From: Nostoc sp.
GTDB taxonomy: Bacteria > Cyanobacteriota > Cyanobacteriia > Cyanobacteriales > Nostocaceae
DNA length: 64,000 nt
Direction: 5' to 3'
Assembly: GCF_036917355.1 (NCBI RefSeq)
Contig: NZ_JBALDP010000021.1
Span: forward strand, 30,542-94,541
A program made the translations under genes and the position numbers. The notes beneath the pieces were generated by a model. It was given only the letters and a program-made list of their open reading frames with translations, had not been told where the DNA came from and did not search any database. Positions 20,688 through 30,687 of this stretch are shown here, piece after piece (position 1 is the stretch's first letter; every line of letters starts with the position of its first letter).

Positions 20688-21272
20688 ATGGTAAAGCAGG
20701 CTACTCTTCAATCAAATAAACTACCAACGATTGAAGATGCTAAATTTGCGCTTGACAACTTGAATATACAAAACGAAATTAAAGCTTCAGCTAGGCGGGG
20801 TCAGGTCGAGCCAGTTTTTGATGATGCCAGACTTACTGTACCTACTTGTATTTGTTTAGACTTAGAAGACTTGAAGTGTTTTGAAGCAGTAGAGCGCCAA
20901 TATGAACGTTGGGGAGTCATTTTTCACAATTCTCTAGCAATACAGCCATCAAATCCAGCATTTCCAACCTATTCAGGGCTAATAGTCTTAATGGGAGCGC
21001 CCAAAAGCGGATTTTTAGAAGCTACTTTCTTGCGTCCAGTTAATTCGGTTAGTGCCTTTGTCACTAGTTCGCAACGGCTAGTGCTTTCCGCCTACGATCG
21101 CGATCGGCAACTACTCGCTCAAACTGCACTACCAAGCTCTAATCTTGCCAATTCCGACTCGCCAATTTCCCCCAATACCTTATTATCTATAAATGTGAAT
21201 AACATTCACAGCGTTACCTTTTGTACTTTTGATGGTCAATTCACCCTTGATAACTTTCGTTTTTGTCTTTAA
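20688..21272 (+). CDS. Hypothetical protein
   Basis: 194-aa ORF with HIP1 sites and a Nostoc-like composition; no motif recognised. Confidence 0.7.
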   Translation: MVKQATLQSNKLPTIEDAKFALDNLNIQNEIKASARRGQVEPVFDDARLTVPTCICLDLEDLKCFEAVERQYERWGVIFHNSLAIQPSNPAFPTYSGLIVLMGAPKSGFLEATFLRPVNSVSAFVTSSQRLVLSAYDRDRQLLAQTALPSSNLANSDSPISPNTLLSINVNNIHSVTFCTFDGQFTLDNFRFCL

Positions 21273-21302
21273 GTAAGACTTACCGGAGACAGACAGAGGG
21301 CA

Positions 21303-21348
21303 GCAGGCAAGTGGTCACTTCGACTACGCTCAGTAACCACTTGCCTGC
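21303..21348. repeat. 13-bp perfect inverted repeat enclosing an SDR-like element
   Basis: GCAGGCAAGTGGT-CACTTCGACTACGCTCAGTA-ACCACTTGCCTGC between two co-oriented genes. Confidence 0.65.
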
Positions 21349-21534
21349 CTCCTTAAGTACAAAATGCCCTTGCTCTGAGCGATTGAAAATGGTATCTTAA
21401 TTTGCGCTGTGCTGTATTAGTCTACTCTCCGTCTATAAAAAAATCGGGCATTTTATGGTTTGAGCCTTCATTCTTTCTTCATCCATAGTAAAACTTATAC
21501 AATAGGTAATTTCATAATCAAGTAGGTAAACACT

Positions 21535-22308
21535 GTGGCACAGGCTTCGTCTTCTTGGCAGCAATTGATCAACCAAATCCCCAACTGGAACTGGTCGCTT
21601 CCAAAATTCAAGACACAGGGAGCCATAAAGCAGCAAACATTTAAACGTTTCTCTGGCCCTGGGGGCTTTCTTGGGTTCCTGACAATTATCATTGCCATGT
21701 TGTTATGGAACTGGAAACTGCTACTGGCTCTCTTAATCGGCATTGGAGTAATGGTATTGGTTTACTCAATGCATGAGTGGGACTGGCAATTGCGCTGGTC
21801 AAAAATACGTAATTTCTTAAATAGTTCAAATCGTCGGTTAGTTTTAGCAGTTATCAGTGGTGGTATTGCTACTGTCAGCACTTACATGGCAGCGGCAATA
21901 TGGGCCGACTCTCACAGTCACTGGATTGCTGCTGGTGCGATCGCGCAAGGTATGGGAACCCTGTTAACTTTAATTTTATTAGTATGGCAAATTGTCAACT
22001 TCTATGAAAATCGGGAAGAAGACCACCTCGATCGGTTGTTGATGAATTTAACAGAAAAAGATCCATTGAAGCGGTTGATTGCTCTAGGTCAACTAAGTAA
22101 ATTCATCAGCCGTAAGCGAGTTGACTCTTCAGTGCAGCAAGATATTGTCCAATGCTTGCAACTCCTACTCAGTCGAGAGGAAGAAGTTGTAGTGCGAGAG
22201 GCAGCTTTTAAAAGTTTACAAGCCTGCGATCGCCTACAAGTGCTACCCCCCAAAACAGCAGTACCTTTCGTACCCGTATCAGCAAAAGTCAAACACCACG
22301 TTTATTAG
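21535..22308 (+). CDS. Membrane protein with a C-terminal HEAT/armadillo-like repeat
   Basis: Several TM helices, then DPLKRLIALGQL and EEEVVVREAAFKSL. Confidence 0.7.
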   Translation: MAQASSSWQQLINQIPNWNWSLPKFKTQGAIKQQTFKRFSGPGGFLGFLTIIIAMLLWNWKLLLALLIGIGVMVLVYSMHEWDWQLRWSKIRNFLNSSNRRLVLAVISGGIATVSTYMAAAIWADSHSHWIAAGAIAQGMGTLLTLILLVWQIVNFYENREEDHLDRLLMNLTEKDPLKRLIALGQLSKFISRKRVDSSVQQDIVQCLQLLLSREEEVVVREAAFKSLQACDRLQVLPPKTAVPFVPVSAKVKHHVY

Positions 22309-22386
22309 TCATTTGTCACTTGTACTGAGCGTAGTCGTTGGTGCAGCCTCTCGTAGAGAAGTATTTGTCCTTTGTCCTTTGTCCTT
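22305..22386. repeat. Nested repeats: STRR, then SDR, then 21-nt SDR
   Basis: TCATTTGTCA | CTTGTACTGAGCGTAGTCG [TTGGTGCAGCCTCTCGTAGAG, 22338-22358] AAGTA | (TTTGTCC)3. Confidence 0.65.
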
Positions 22387-22416
22387 TGCAAATGACCAAT
22401 AACTAATGACAAATAA

Positions 22417-23163
22417 CTATTTTCGAGACAATGTTCCATTACGAACTTGCACTATCGGATGATTGCACCGCCGTACCAATTGTTCATCGTGGGTGGTAAC
22501 AATTACCGTAGCCCCAAAGGAATTTAACTTCTGGAGAATCTGGATTACTTGCCAGGAATTATCTGGATCGAGATTTCCAGTCGGCTCATCGGCCAACAGT
22601 AGGGGTGGTGTACCAACGATCGCACGGGCAATACTCACCCGTTGCTGTTCTCCTCCAGACAGTTGATCTGGAAAACAATCAGCTTTACTCAGCAAACCTA
22701 CCAGCTTTAAGGTTGGTTCTAAACGTCGTTGAATTTCTTTACGGGTATACCCTTGAGCTTGCAGCACAAAAGTGACATTTTCTGCTACTGTTCGTTGGGT
22801 AATTAGTTTGTAGTCTTGAAACACAATACCAATTCGTCGCCGCAATAATGACAAGCGATCGCCCCGCAAATCCGCTACATTACATTCATCAACAATTACT
22901 TCTCCCTGTGTAGGCAACTCCTGGCCATACAACAGTTTCAAGAGCGTTGATTTTCCAGAACCACTTGGCCCCGTGATAAACAGAAATTCTCCCTTTTTTA
23001 CCTCAAGGTTTGCATTCAATAAGGCGTGAGTGCCGTTAGCATAAGTCTTGCTTACAGATTGTAATTGTACCTTTGTAGTAGTATTGCTACCGTGCTGTTG
23101 AGTTTCACTGTCCTCTCCGCGAACGGAAAAGTCTTTCTTAACTTGAGTTGTTAATACTGGCAT
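22417..23163 (-). CDS. ftsE: Cell division ATP-binding protein FtsE
   Basis: [47 protein letters not shown]. Confidence 0.85.
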   Translation of the reverse strand: MPVLTTQVKKDFSVRGEDSETQQHGSNTTTKVQLQSVSKTYANGTHALLNANLEVKKGEFLFITGPSGSGKSTLLKLLYGQELPTQGEVIVDECNVADLRGDRLSLLRRRIGIVFQDYKLITQRTVAENVTFVLQAQGYTRKEIQRRLEPTLKLVGLLSKADCFPDQLSGGEQQRVSIARAIVGTPPLLLADEPTGNLDPDNSWQVIQILQKLNSFGATVIVTTHDEQLVRRCNHPIVQVRNGTLSRK

Positions 23164-23334
23164 TGTTAAACTTTCCTCATACCCACAACCAAACAGTTTG
23201 CCTACTTAGATGTGACATTCTCCCCAAAATAAGGATTCCCAGGTTTCGCCTGGGAATTTAAATTTCAACAAAGAAAATTTAAAATTTTTTCAAGACTTTA
23301 ATACTAACTAAGTAATAACACCCAGAACTTAGCA

Positions 23335-23401
23335 TTCAGAACTCAGCACTCTTAACTCAGCACAGGCTAAACGCCCCGCTTCCGCTAACAGCACTCTTAA
23401 C
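23335..23401. repeat. STRR (CTCAGCA-type) interrupted by a 24-nt SDR-like element
   Basis: GGCTAAACGCCCCGCTTCCGCTAA (23365-23388) between CAGCAC copies. Confidence 0.55.
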
Positions 23402-24152
23402 TAATTGCACCCCTGGCTGTCAAACGATAAACAAACGCTTTCACAGCAAATGCTGGCAAAGCCAGCATCCGCCGCCAGCGCCAAGGTTCTTGATAAAGGC
23501 GATACAACCATTCCAAATTATTATTTCCTAACCAGGCGGGAGCGCGAGTTTTAGTTCCCGACCAAATATCAAAGCTGCCACCAACGCCAATCCAAATTGC
23601 TTGGGGACACAAATGGCGGTTTTCGGCAATCCATAACTCTTGACGCGGCACTCCCAAACCAACAAAAATCACTTGTGGCTGCAATTGAGCCAGAGTTTGT
23701 CGCAATTGTGCTTCTTCTTCTGGAGAATGGTAGCCTGAGTGAGTGCCTACTATATTCAAATCTGGAATTTGCTGCTGCCAAAAATCTGCCGCATTTGCGG
23801 CCACTCCAGGCGCTCCTCCATAGAAAAATATCTTTGTCCCTGTCTTCTGTTGCCCAAGTGCTTGCAAAAGTTTTTCTGCTAATTCAATCCCTGGAAACCG
23901 CTGCACTTTTTGCCATAACAGCCATCGTAAATACAGAACAACCCCAGCTCCATCTGGAATTACCAGTTCAGCATTTTTAATCACCTGAGCTAATAATTGA
24001 TTTCGCTCTGCCTGCATAGTCATTTCTGCATTGAGCGTTACGACATGAGTTCCTCTGCCTGTGTGCAGGCATTCTAACAACCAGCCTGGATAGTCAGCCA
24101 TCACATGAACTGGTATTCCCAACACTGAAAATGCTTGATTGCCGTTAGACAT
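23397..24152 (-). CDS. WecB/TagA/CpsF-family glycosyltransferase
   Basis: VVTLNAE, IPDGAGVV, PGIEL, VGLGVPRQE, GVGGSFD, LEWLYRL. Confidence 0.9.
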   Translation of the reverse strand: MSNGNQAFSVLGIPVHVMADYPGWLLECLHTGRGTHVVTLNAEMTMQAERNQLLAQVIKNAELVIPDGAGVVLYLRWLLWQKVQRFPGIELAEKLLQALGQQKTGTKIFFYGGAPGVAANAADFWQQQIPDLNIVGTHSGYHSPEEEAQLRQTLAQLQPQVIFVGLGVPRQELWIAENRHLCPQAIWIGVGGSFDIWSGTKTRAPAWLGNNNLEWLYRLYQEPWRWRRMLALPAFAVKAFVYRLTARGAIS

Positions 24153-24569
24153 AGCCTATTCTTAAGTAATACTCACACCAGATTTTGCATGAATGTTAAG
24201 TTTATCAAATTTTTTTATATTAGAACTTAGGCAAAAGAGATTCCCCTTTGCCCTTCAACGAGAGTAAGCATAATTAAACTAAATAGATATAAGAGTGAAC
24301 AAAAATGTATATACGCAGCCTTGCTACGTATATATAAGGGTTTTAGATAACACATAATTAATTTCACTTCTCTGTCTATTAATCTTGGGCGCTTGTACTT
24401 GGGCTGAACCAGTCCAACTTTTATTGTTAAAGTGTAATATTCACTCAGTATAAAACGCTCAACTCGCAACTCTGGTTCCGGGAATAGAAGCCTCCACTAT
24501 ACTGCTTGCAGTTAGTGTGGGAGTATGTCACGAAACTCGACTTTATGGTTATAGTGTAACGGGCTGAAG

Positions 24570-25295
24570 TTGGCTATGAGTAAAATTCGTATCGCTCTGA
24601 TTGAAGATCATGACCTAACTCGTGTGGGTATTCGTACAGCACTACAGCAAAAGGATGAAATTGAAGTTGTAGGTGAAGCTGCTAATGCTGCTGATGGTCT
24701 AAAAATGTTAAAAATGCTACAACCAGATATTGCCATTGTCGATATTGGTTTACCAGATAAAGATGGCATTGAGTTAACACGGGAGGTAAAATCTACTACT
24801 AATGGCCAGCAGCTACTTACAAAAGTCTTAATTTTGACGCTGCGGGATAACAAAGAAGCGGTGTTGGCAGCTTTTGCCGCTGGTGCAGACTCTTACTGTA
24901 TGAAAGATATCAAATTTGATAATTTGCTGGAAGCAGTACGAGTAACTTACAATGGCAACGCTTGGATCGATCCAGCGATCGCTCGGATTGTATTACAACA
25001 AGCGCAACAAAATCCTCAAAAGTTGGAATCGGTTTTGGTCGATTCCAAGACTATTGCTCCTAACCCAGATTCTTTTGAGAATCTGGAAGGAATTCAACCT
25101 TACACCCTGACAGAAAGGGAATTGGAAGTGTTACAGTTGATTGTCGAAGGTTGTAGTAATGCAGTAATTGCGGAAAGACTTTACATCACAGTTGGGACTG
25201 TTAAAACTCACGTTCGCAATATTTTGAATAAGCTATGTGCCGATGACCGTACCCAAGCAGCAGTCCGCGCCTTGCGTTCTGGGTTAGTTGGATAA
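24570..25295 (+). CDS. NarL/LuxR-family response regulator
   Basis: REC (IEDHD, VDIGLP) plus HTH LTERELEVL...TVKTHVRNIL.KL. Confidence 0.9.
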   Translation: MAMSKIRIALIEDHDLTRVGIRTALQQKDEIEVVGEAANAADGLKMLKMLQPDIAIVDIGLPDKDGIELTREVKSTTNGQQLLTKVLILTLRDNKEAVLAAFAAGADSYCMKDIKFDNLLEAVRVTYNGNAWIDPAIARIVLQQAQQNPQKLESVLVDSKTIAPNPDSFENLEGIQPYTLTERELEVLQLIVEGCSNAVIAERLYITVGTVKTHVRNILNKLCADDRTQAAVRALRSGLVG

Positions 25296-25458
25296 ATTTA
25301 ATTTTGGTGTGGATCGATTAAGGATAATCAAGGGAAACTCATAACTTGGAAAAGTTATATTTTCAACGTGAATAGCTTCTCTGGTTTTCTCTTATTTATT
25401 AGGTGGGATAAACATCATGTTTTCTCGCCATTCAAATATATAAAAACAAAAGTCAAAT

Positions 25459-27132
25459 ATGGCTGAGATTGGTACGGACAAACTTAAGCTCATGGTGGTA
25501 GATGATGAGCCAGATAACCTAGATTTACTCTACCGCACTTTTAGACGAGATTTTCAAGTATATAAAGCCAATCATGCCTTTGGTGCTTTGGAAATCTTGG
25601 ATCAATTTGGCGAAATGGCAGTAATTATTTCTGACCAAAGAATGCCAGAAATGAATGGGACTGAATTTTTTAGTCGCACTGTAGAACGCTTTCCAGACAC
25701 GATTCGGATTTTGTTAACTGGTTTTACTGATGTCGAAGATTTGGTAGATGCGATTAACTCTGGTCAGGTATTCAAGTACATTACCAAACCCTGGAATCCA
25801 GAACGGCTGAGAAGCTTAGTTGAGCAAGCCACTGATACATATCGCCTAGTTAAGAAGCGCACCCAAGAGTTGCGTCGGGCCCTACGGCGAGAATCTTTGT
25901 TTAATGCAGTAACAACAGCAATTCGGGAATCTTTAGACTACGATAGTATGCTGCAAAAAATTGTCGCAACTATTGGAGAAACATTTGAAGCTACCAGTTG
26001 CTTGCTCAAACCAGTAGAGGGCGATCGCCTCACACAAGACGAGTTCTTCTACCGCGATCCGAAATCTGATGTATTAGATTCCTTCTTCGACTCCAGTGTT
26101 TTAATTGAAAAGGTGCTGGAAACCCGTCATTATCAACTCGCTCAAGATATATATGAGGGTAATCCTAGTCACCACCTAGTTGTGCCACTTAGCTACCATC
26201 AGCATCTGTTAGCTGTGCTAACCCTCCACCAATGGGGACGCGATCGCCCTTGGGAAGACGAAGACATTCAACTAATTGCAGGTGTTGCCGAACAAGCAGC
26301 CTTAGCCCTCTCTCAAGCAAAACTCTACCAACGCCTCCAAGAAAAGCAACAGCAGATTCACACTGAGTTAGAGGTGGCTCGCCAAATTCAATACAACCTG
26401 CTACGCCAGAGTTTACCTGACATTAAAGGTGTGAAGGTACAAGCTTGCTGTTATCCGGCGCGTGAAGTAGGAGGCGATTTTTTTGAAGTTTTTGTCCATC
26501 CTAAAGGCGACTTGTGGTTGGCAGTGGGTGACGTTTCTGGCAAGGGCGTCCCAGCAGCTTTATTTATGGCTAGTATTATTTCAGTTTTGCGCCGAGAATT
26601 ATCTCAAGAGACACCAGCAGAGCCGAATGTGGTTATGCAGAACCTTAACCACGCTCTCAGTGAAGATTTAATTAGCAACAATTATTTTGTCACTCTTGTG
26701 TTAGCTTGTTATACCCCTAGCACTAAGGAACTGGTCTACACTAATGCCGGTCATATTTATCCAATATTATGGTCGCGTCAAGGTGCTTTAGCCGAAAATC
26801 CCAATTACCTGAAAGTTCGCAGTGTTCCTTTGGGGATTTTGCCTAAGTGGCAGGCACAGTCTGGTCGCTTGGTTCTCGCTGCTGGAGACACATTGTTACT
26901 AGCCAGCGATGGCATTACAGAAGCAATGGTATCAAATAATCCTGATTCAACAGTAAAAACTGAGGCTGGGGTTGAGTCAGCGAACCGTTCGATGCTGAAT
27001 CAAGATGGTCTTTGGCAACTCTTACAACAAGAGCAACAACCACTTTCTCTTAACCATTTACTAGCTCGCATCCAGGCAGATAATCACGTTCAAGAAGACG
27101 ATCAAACTATACTTTCACTGGAGATTTTGTAA
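25459..27132 (+). CDS. REC-GAF-PP2C (SpoIIE/RsbU-type) phosphatase; possible HmpU orthologue
   Basis: REC (VVDDEPDN, SDQRMP, KP), GAF (AEQAALAL), PP2C (VGGDF, DVSGKG, SDG, DDQT). Confidence 0.85.
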   Translation: MAEIGTDKLKLMVVDDEPDNLDLLYRTFRRDFQVYKANHAFGALEILDQFGEMAVIISDQRMPEMNGTEFFSRTVERFPDTIRILLTGFTDVEDLVDAINSGQVFKYITKPWNPERLRSLVEQATDTYRLVKKRTQELRRALRRESLFNAVTTAIRESLDYDSMLQKIVATIGETFEATSCLLKPVEGDRLTQDEFFYRDPKSDVLDSFFDSSVLIEKVLETRHYQLAQDIYEGNPSHHLVVPLSYHQHLLAVLTLHQWGRDRPWEDEDIQLIAGVAEQAALALSQAKLYQRLQEKQQQIHTELEVARQIQYNLLRQSLPDIKGVKVQACCYPAREVGGDFFEVFVHPKGDLWLAVGDVSGKGVPAALFMASIISVLRRELSQETPAEPNVVMQNLNHALSEDLISNNYFVTLVLACYTPSTKELVYTNAGHIYPILWSRQGALAENPNYLKVRSVPLGILPKWQAQSGRLVLAAGDTLLLASDGITEAMVSNNPDSTVKTEAGVESANRSMLNQDGLWQLLQQEQQPLSLNHLLARIQADNHVQEDDQTILSLEIL

Positions 27133-27135
27133 GTC

Positions 27136-27561
27136 ATGAAAAGTGAGCTTCATGTACCAAGCGATTTGAATTTTCTGAATATTGTTGAAAACTGGTTGTT
27201 GGGATGTTTGAAAATTCAGCTAGGGGAATCTGTGGATTGGTCGCGGCAATCAAGTCGTTTGAGACTGGCTTTAGTGGAAGCCTACTCTAATGCAGTCCGT
27301 CATGCCCACAAGGATCAACCAAATTTACCCATATTACTACGTTTAGAAGTGAAAGACCGGGATTTTGCTCTAGAAATTTGGGACTACGGCGAAGGCTTTG
27401 ACATGTCTAACTACTACGCTCCAAACCCGATGGAAAAGCAAGAAGGTGGTTATGGTTGGCTGATTATGAATCGTCTCATGGATAAAGTAGATTACAAGTT
27501 GCAGGTTAATGGCGCCAACTGTCTGAAGTTAGAAGCTACTTTACCCGAATTAGTCCAATAG
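27136..27561 (+). CDS. RsbW/SpoIIAB-type anti-sigma factor kinase; possible HmpW orthologue
   Basis: EAYSNAVRH, WDYGEG and EGGYG HATPase boxes; 3 nt after the phosphatase stop. Confidence 0.85.
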   Translation: MKSELHVPSDLNFLNIVENWLLGCLKIQLGESVDWSRQSSRLRLALVEAYSNAVRHAHKDQPNLPILLRLEVKDRDFALEIWDYGEGFDMSNYYAPNPMEKQEGGYGWLIMNRLMDKVDYKLQVNGANCLKLEATLPELVQ

Positions 27562-27698
27562 ACAAAAGTGACTATTTTTCAAGTCATGCTATTTATGAGT
27601 CAGAATTCAGAATTCAGGAGTCAGAATAAAGCTATGAATCCTGCGTGAGTAGGTGAGAAATATTGGTTTAAACTTTGCCCTTTGTAGTTATTTGCTAC

Positions 27699-28130
27699 TT
27701 AATTTTCACGACGTAAAGTAAGTAACTCTTTGGGGGAAGCTAAAAGTTTAATTCTAGTATAAGAAATTTGCCGTTGTTGATTGAGGATAAATAGCCACAA
27801 GACATTGACACTACACCACGAAGTTTGTGCTTTGCCTGTTACCTGGACTTGGATATCACCATTTTCTAAAGTCTCGGCTATTCCTGTGTTGGGGTAAGCT
27901 TTGATGTTTTGACCTTCTTGTTTTAAGTAGGCTGCGATCGCATCTGTCCCGACAATATCAGATTCGAATGGCGGACGCATTACACCATCTATCGCAAATA
28001 AGGCAGCAGTTGCCTCAAATTCTCCTGCATTTAAGGTTTCAAAATAACGCAGTACGCTTGATTCTGTAATTCCCTCAATCTGGGATTCTTCTTTAAACTG
28101 CGCTGGCGATATAAATTCAGCAGAGGTCAT
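27699..28130 (-). CDS. NTF2-like OCP C-terminal domain homologue (CTDH)
   Basis: YFETLNAGEF, ALFAIDGVMRPPFE, VTGKAQTSWCSVNV, IKLLASPKELL; ATG 28130. Confidence 0.85.
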   Translation of the reverse strand: MTSAEFISPAQFKEESQIEGITESSVLRYFETLNAGEFEATAALFAIDGVMRPPFESDIVGTDAIAAYLKQEGQNIKAYPNTGIAETLENGDIQVQVTGKAQTSWCSVNVLWLFILNQQRQISYTRIKLLASPKELLTLRREN

Positions 28131-28368
28131 AAAATTATCTGTATTATGGTATCTGAATATTAATTTCAATACAAAAATAAGTAAAAGAAAAGCTGCTGTT
28201 GAGATAGATTGCTACATATTAATAAATCTTCCTAACGATGGAAGTCTTGAACTGCTACGCAGTTTGCGAAAGGCTATATGTAGGTAAATTAACAAATCTT
28301 AATTAAAGGTATTAACTACTTAAGGTATAATTATAGCGCCTTTCTTTGGGCAAAATCCAGATAAAAAA

Positions 28369-29343
28369 ATGAATCAGAATTCTGTAACGAGCAGCAGTCT
28401 GGTGAAAGAAAAAGCCAGCGAGTTGGGCTTTCACAAAGTTGGAATTACTGCTGTAGATCGGATAAATGCCACAGAAGCACAGAGGTTACAAGCATGGATT
28501 GAACTAGGTTATCACGCTGATATGAAATGGATGGCTAATCCAAAGCGTCAGGATATCCGCTTAGTGATGCCAGAGGTGCGATCGCTAGTGTGTGTAGCGC
28601 TGAATTACTACACACCACATCAACGTCCTGAAAGTGAGGAATACGCCAAAATTTCCCGTTATGGTTGGGGAAGGGATTATCACAAGGTGATGCATGGAAA
28701 ACTCAAGCAGCTATCTATATGGCTAAAATCACTCGATCCAGGCGTATTGGCTCTTTATTATGCAGATACTGGCCCGGTGCCAGATAAAGTGTTGGCTCAA
28801 CTTGCCGGAATTGGTTGGATTGCCAAGAATGGTAATGCGATCACACGGGAATATGGCTCTTGGGTATTTTTGGGAGAAGTGTTGACCAATTTAGAATTAG
28901 AGAGCGATCGCCCACATACAGAACACTGCGGTAGCTGTACTCGTTGTCTTCAGGCTTGTCCTACAGGTGCAATTACTCAGCCTTTTGTTGTCGATGCTAA
29001 TCGCTGCATTGCTTATCATACCATTGAAAACCGTGACAAGGAATTGCCAGAGGCGATCGCGTCTAATTTGCAAGGCTGGGTTGCTGGTTGCGATATTTGC
29101 CAAGATGTTTGTCCTTGGAATCAACGTTTTGCCCAAACAACTGATATTGAAGAGTTTCAGCCTTATCCTGGGAATATTGCTCCCCACCTGCTAGAATTAG
29201 CCCAAATCTCAGATCGGGAGTGGGATAAACGATTTCCAGCATCTGCCTTGCGGCGGATTAAGCCAGAAATGTTACGACGCAACGCCCTAGCTAATCTTGA
29301 CGCATCCAGGCAGAAGAATGACCCAGAAAGTAATTATTTTTGA
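28369..29343 (+). CDS. queG: Epoxyqueuosine reductase QueG
   Basis: YGWGRDYH, DTGPV, GWIAKN, CGSCTRCLQACPT, GCDICQDVCPWN. Confidence 0.92.
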   Translation: MNQNSVTSSSLVKEKASELGFHKVGITAVDRINATEAQRLQAWIELGYHADMKWMANPKRQDIRLVMPEVRSLVCVALNYYTPHQRPESEEYAKISRYGWGRDYHKVMHGKLKQLSIWLKSLDPGVLALYYADTGPVPDKVLAQLAGIGWIAKNGNAITREYGSWVFLGEVLTNLELESDRPHTEHCGSCTRCLQACPTGAITQPFVVDANRCIAYHTIENRDKELPEAIASNLQGWVAGCDICQDVCPWNQRFAQTTDIEEFQPYPGNIAPHLLELAQISDREWDKRFPASALRRIKPEMLRRNALANLDASRQKNDPESNYF

Positions 29344-29953
29344 TTTTGATGGCACAATTGCTGATACAGTAGATGCCCTTGTAAGTATTGCTAATCGTTT
29401 AGCTGGAGACTTTGGTTATAGACAAATAAGCCCAGAACAATTAGCCTTCCTTAAGAACTTAACATCAAGGGAAATTATTAAGTACTCAGGAGTTTCTCTA
29501 TTTCAGATCCCTTTTCTAGTTAAAAAAGTTAAAGGGGAATTAAAAAACAAAATCCCAGAATTAAAGCCAATTCTGGGTATTAAGGAAGCATTAACAGAAC
29601 TCCAAAATCAAGGATATAAACTAGGTATTATCACTTCTAATTCTAAAGAAAATGTTACGCAATTTCTCACAATCAATGATTTAAATCACCTATTTGATTT
29701 TATATACTCAGGAATTACAATTTTTGGCAAGACAACCATCATCAATAATGTCTTGAGACAAAAGCAACTCAAACCTCAAGAAGTTATTTATGTTGGAGAT
29801 GAAACTAGAGATATAGAAGCATCAAAAAAAGCAAATATCCAAGTGATTGCAGTGACTTGGGGGTTTAACTCACCGGAAGTACTAGCCAAGCAAAATCCAG
29901 ATTATTTAATTCAACAACCTAGCGAACTACTAGGAGTGATGAACAGTCGTTAA
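29318..29953 (+). CDS. HAD-superfamily hydrolase (Gph-like)
   Basis: FDFDGTIADT, TSN, YVGDETRDI, VTWGFN. Start overlaps the queG end. Confidence 0.85.
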   Translation: MTQKVIIFDFDGTIADTVDALVSIANRLAGDFGYRQISPEQLAFLKNLTSREIIKYSGVSLFQIPFLVKKVKGELKNKIPELKPILGIKEALTELQNQGYKLGIITSNSKENVTQFLTINDLNHLFDFIYSGITIFGKTTIINNVLRQKQLKPQEVIYVGDETRDIEASKKANIQVIAVTWGFNSPEVLAKQNPDYLIQQPSELLGVMNSR

Positions 29954-30086
29954 TTAATAAATAGTTAAAAGCGGATGAACAATCGAGCGAAACAGTAAAG
30001 TGGGCAATGTCTACTAATACCAAAAACCTCAATTTTTACATTGGTGACATTGCCCATCTGACAAAATAGCAAGATATGAGGAAAAA

Positions 30087-30464
30087 TTAATTTTTCCGTT
30101 CACCCTTTTCTAAAGCTTGTTTTACTAAATCATCACTGACATTAGTTGCATCCCCAGTCTGAGAATTCCCAACTTCTTTTGCTGACTCGATAAAATCATC
30201 GGGATTGCCAGTTGACTGTGTTTGAGGTTTTGTCTCTTGTGGCTTAGAGGCTTTCTGATTAGGTGCAGTAGCTACTTCGGCTGCTGCTCCACCTTTACCT
30301 GTGCGATCGACTTCACTCACACTGAATTTTTGTGCAGCTGCATAATCAGCATTAAAATCCACCGTTGGCGCTTTTTCTTCACCACTAGCTATGCTTTCGG
30401 CAGCTAATTGTGCATCCTGGGTGGAAGCTTCATTTAAATTGGGCTTTACTTCTTGATCGGGCAT
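30087..30464 (-). CDS. Hypothetical acidic, hydrophilic protein
   Basis: 125 aa, low complexity, AAGG RBS-like sequence upstream. Confidence 0.65.
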   Translation of the reverse strand: MPDQEVKPNLNEASTQDAQLAAESIASGEEKAPTVDFNADYAAAQKFSVSEVDRTGKGGAAAEVATAPNQKASKPQETKPQTQSTGNPDDFIESAKEVGNSQTGDATNVSDDLVKQALEKGERKN

Positions 30465-30687
30465 AATTAAAACCTTTAGGTAAATTTTTTATTGCTTACT
30501 TGAGCAATCATAGCAAAGCAATTGGTTTCTTTATTGCTTCCTATAGAGAGACTTGTACCTCTATTAAAAGGTAGATTAAAGCGGCAATTTCCAATAAATT
30601 TAACTCTTTCTATCGATAGTAGAATCTGATTGTCAAACTCTGCTAACAATAAGTTTGCCTATTAAATTATTTTGGAAACAAACAATA

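Noticed and set aside
22417-23163. ftsE without an adjacent ftsX
   Set aside because: To my knowledge unlinked ftsE/ftsX is not unusual in cyanobacteria; not novel.
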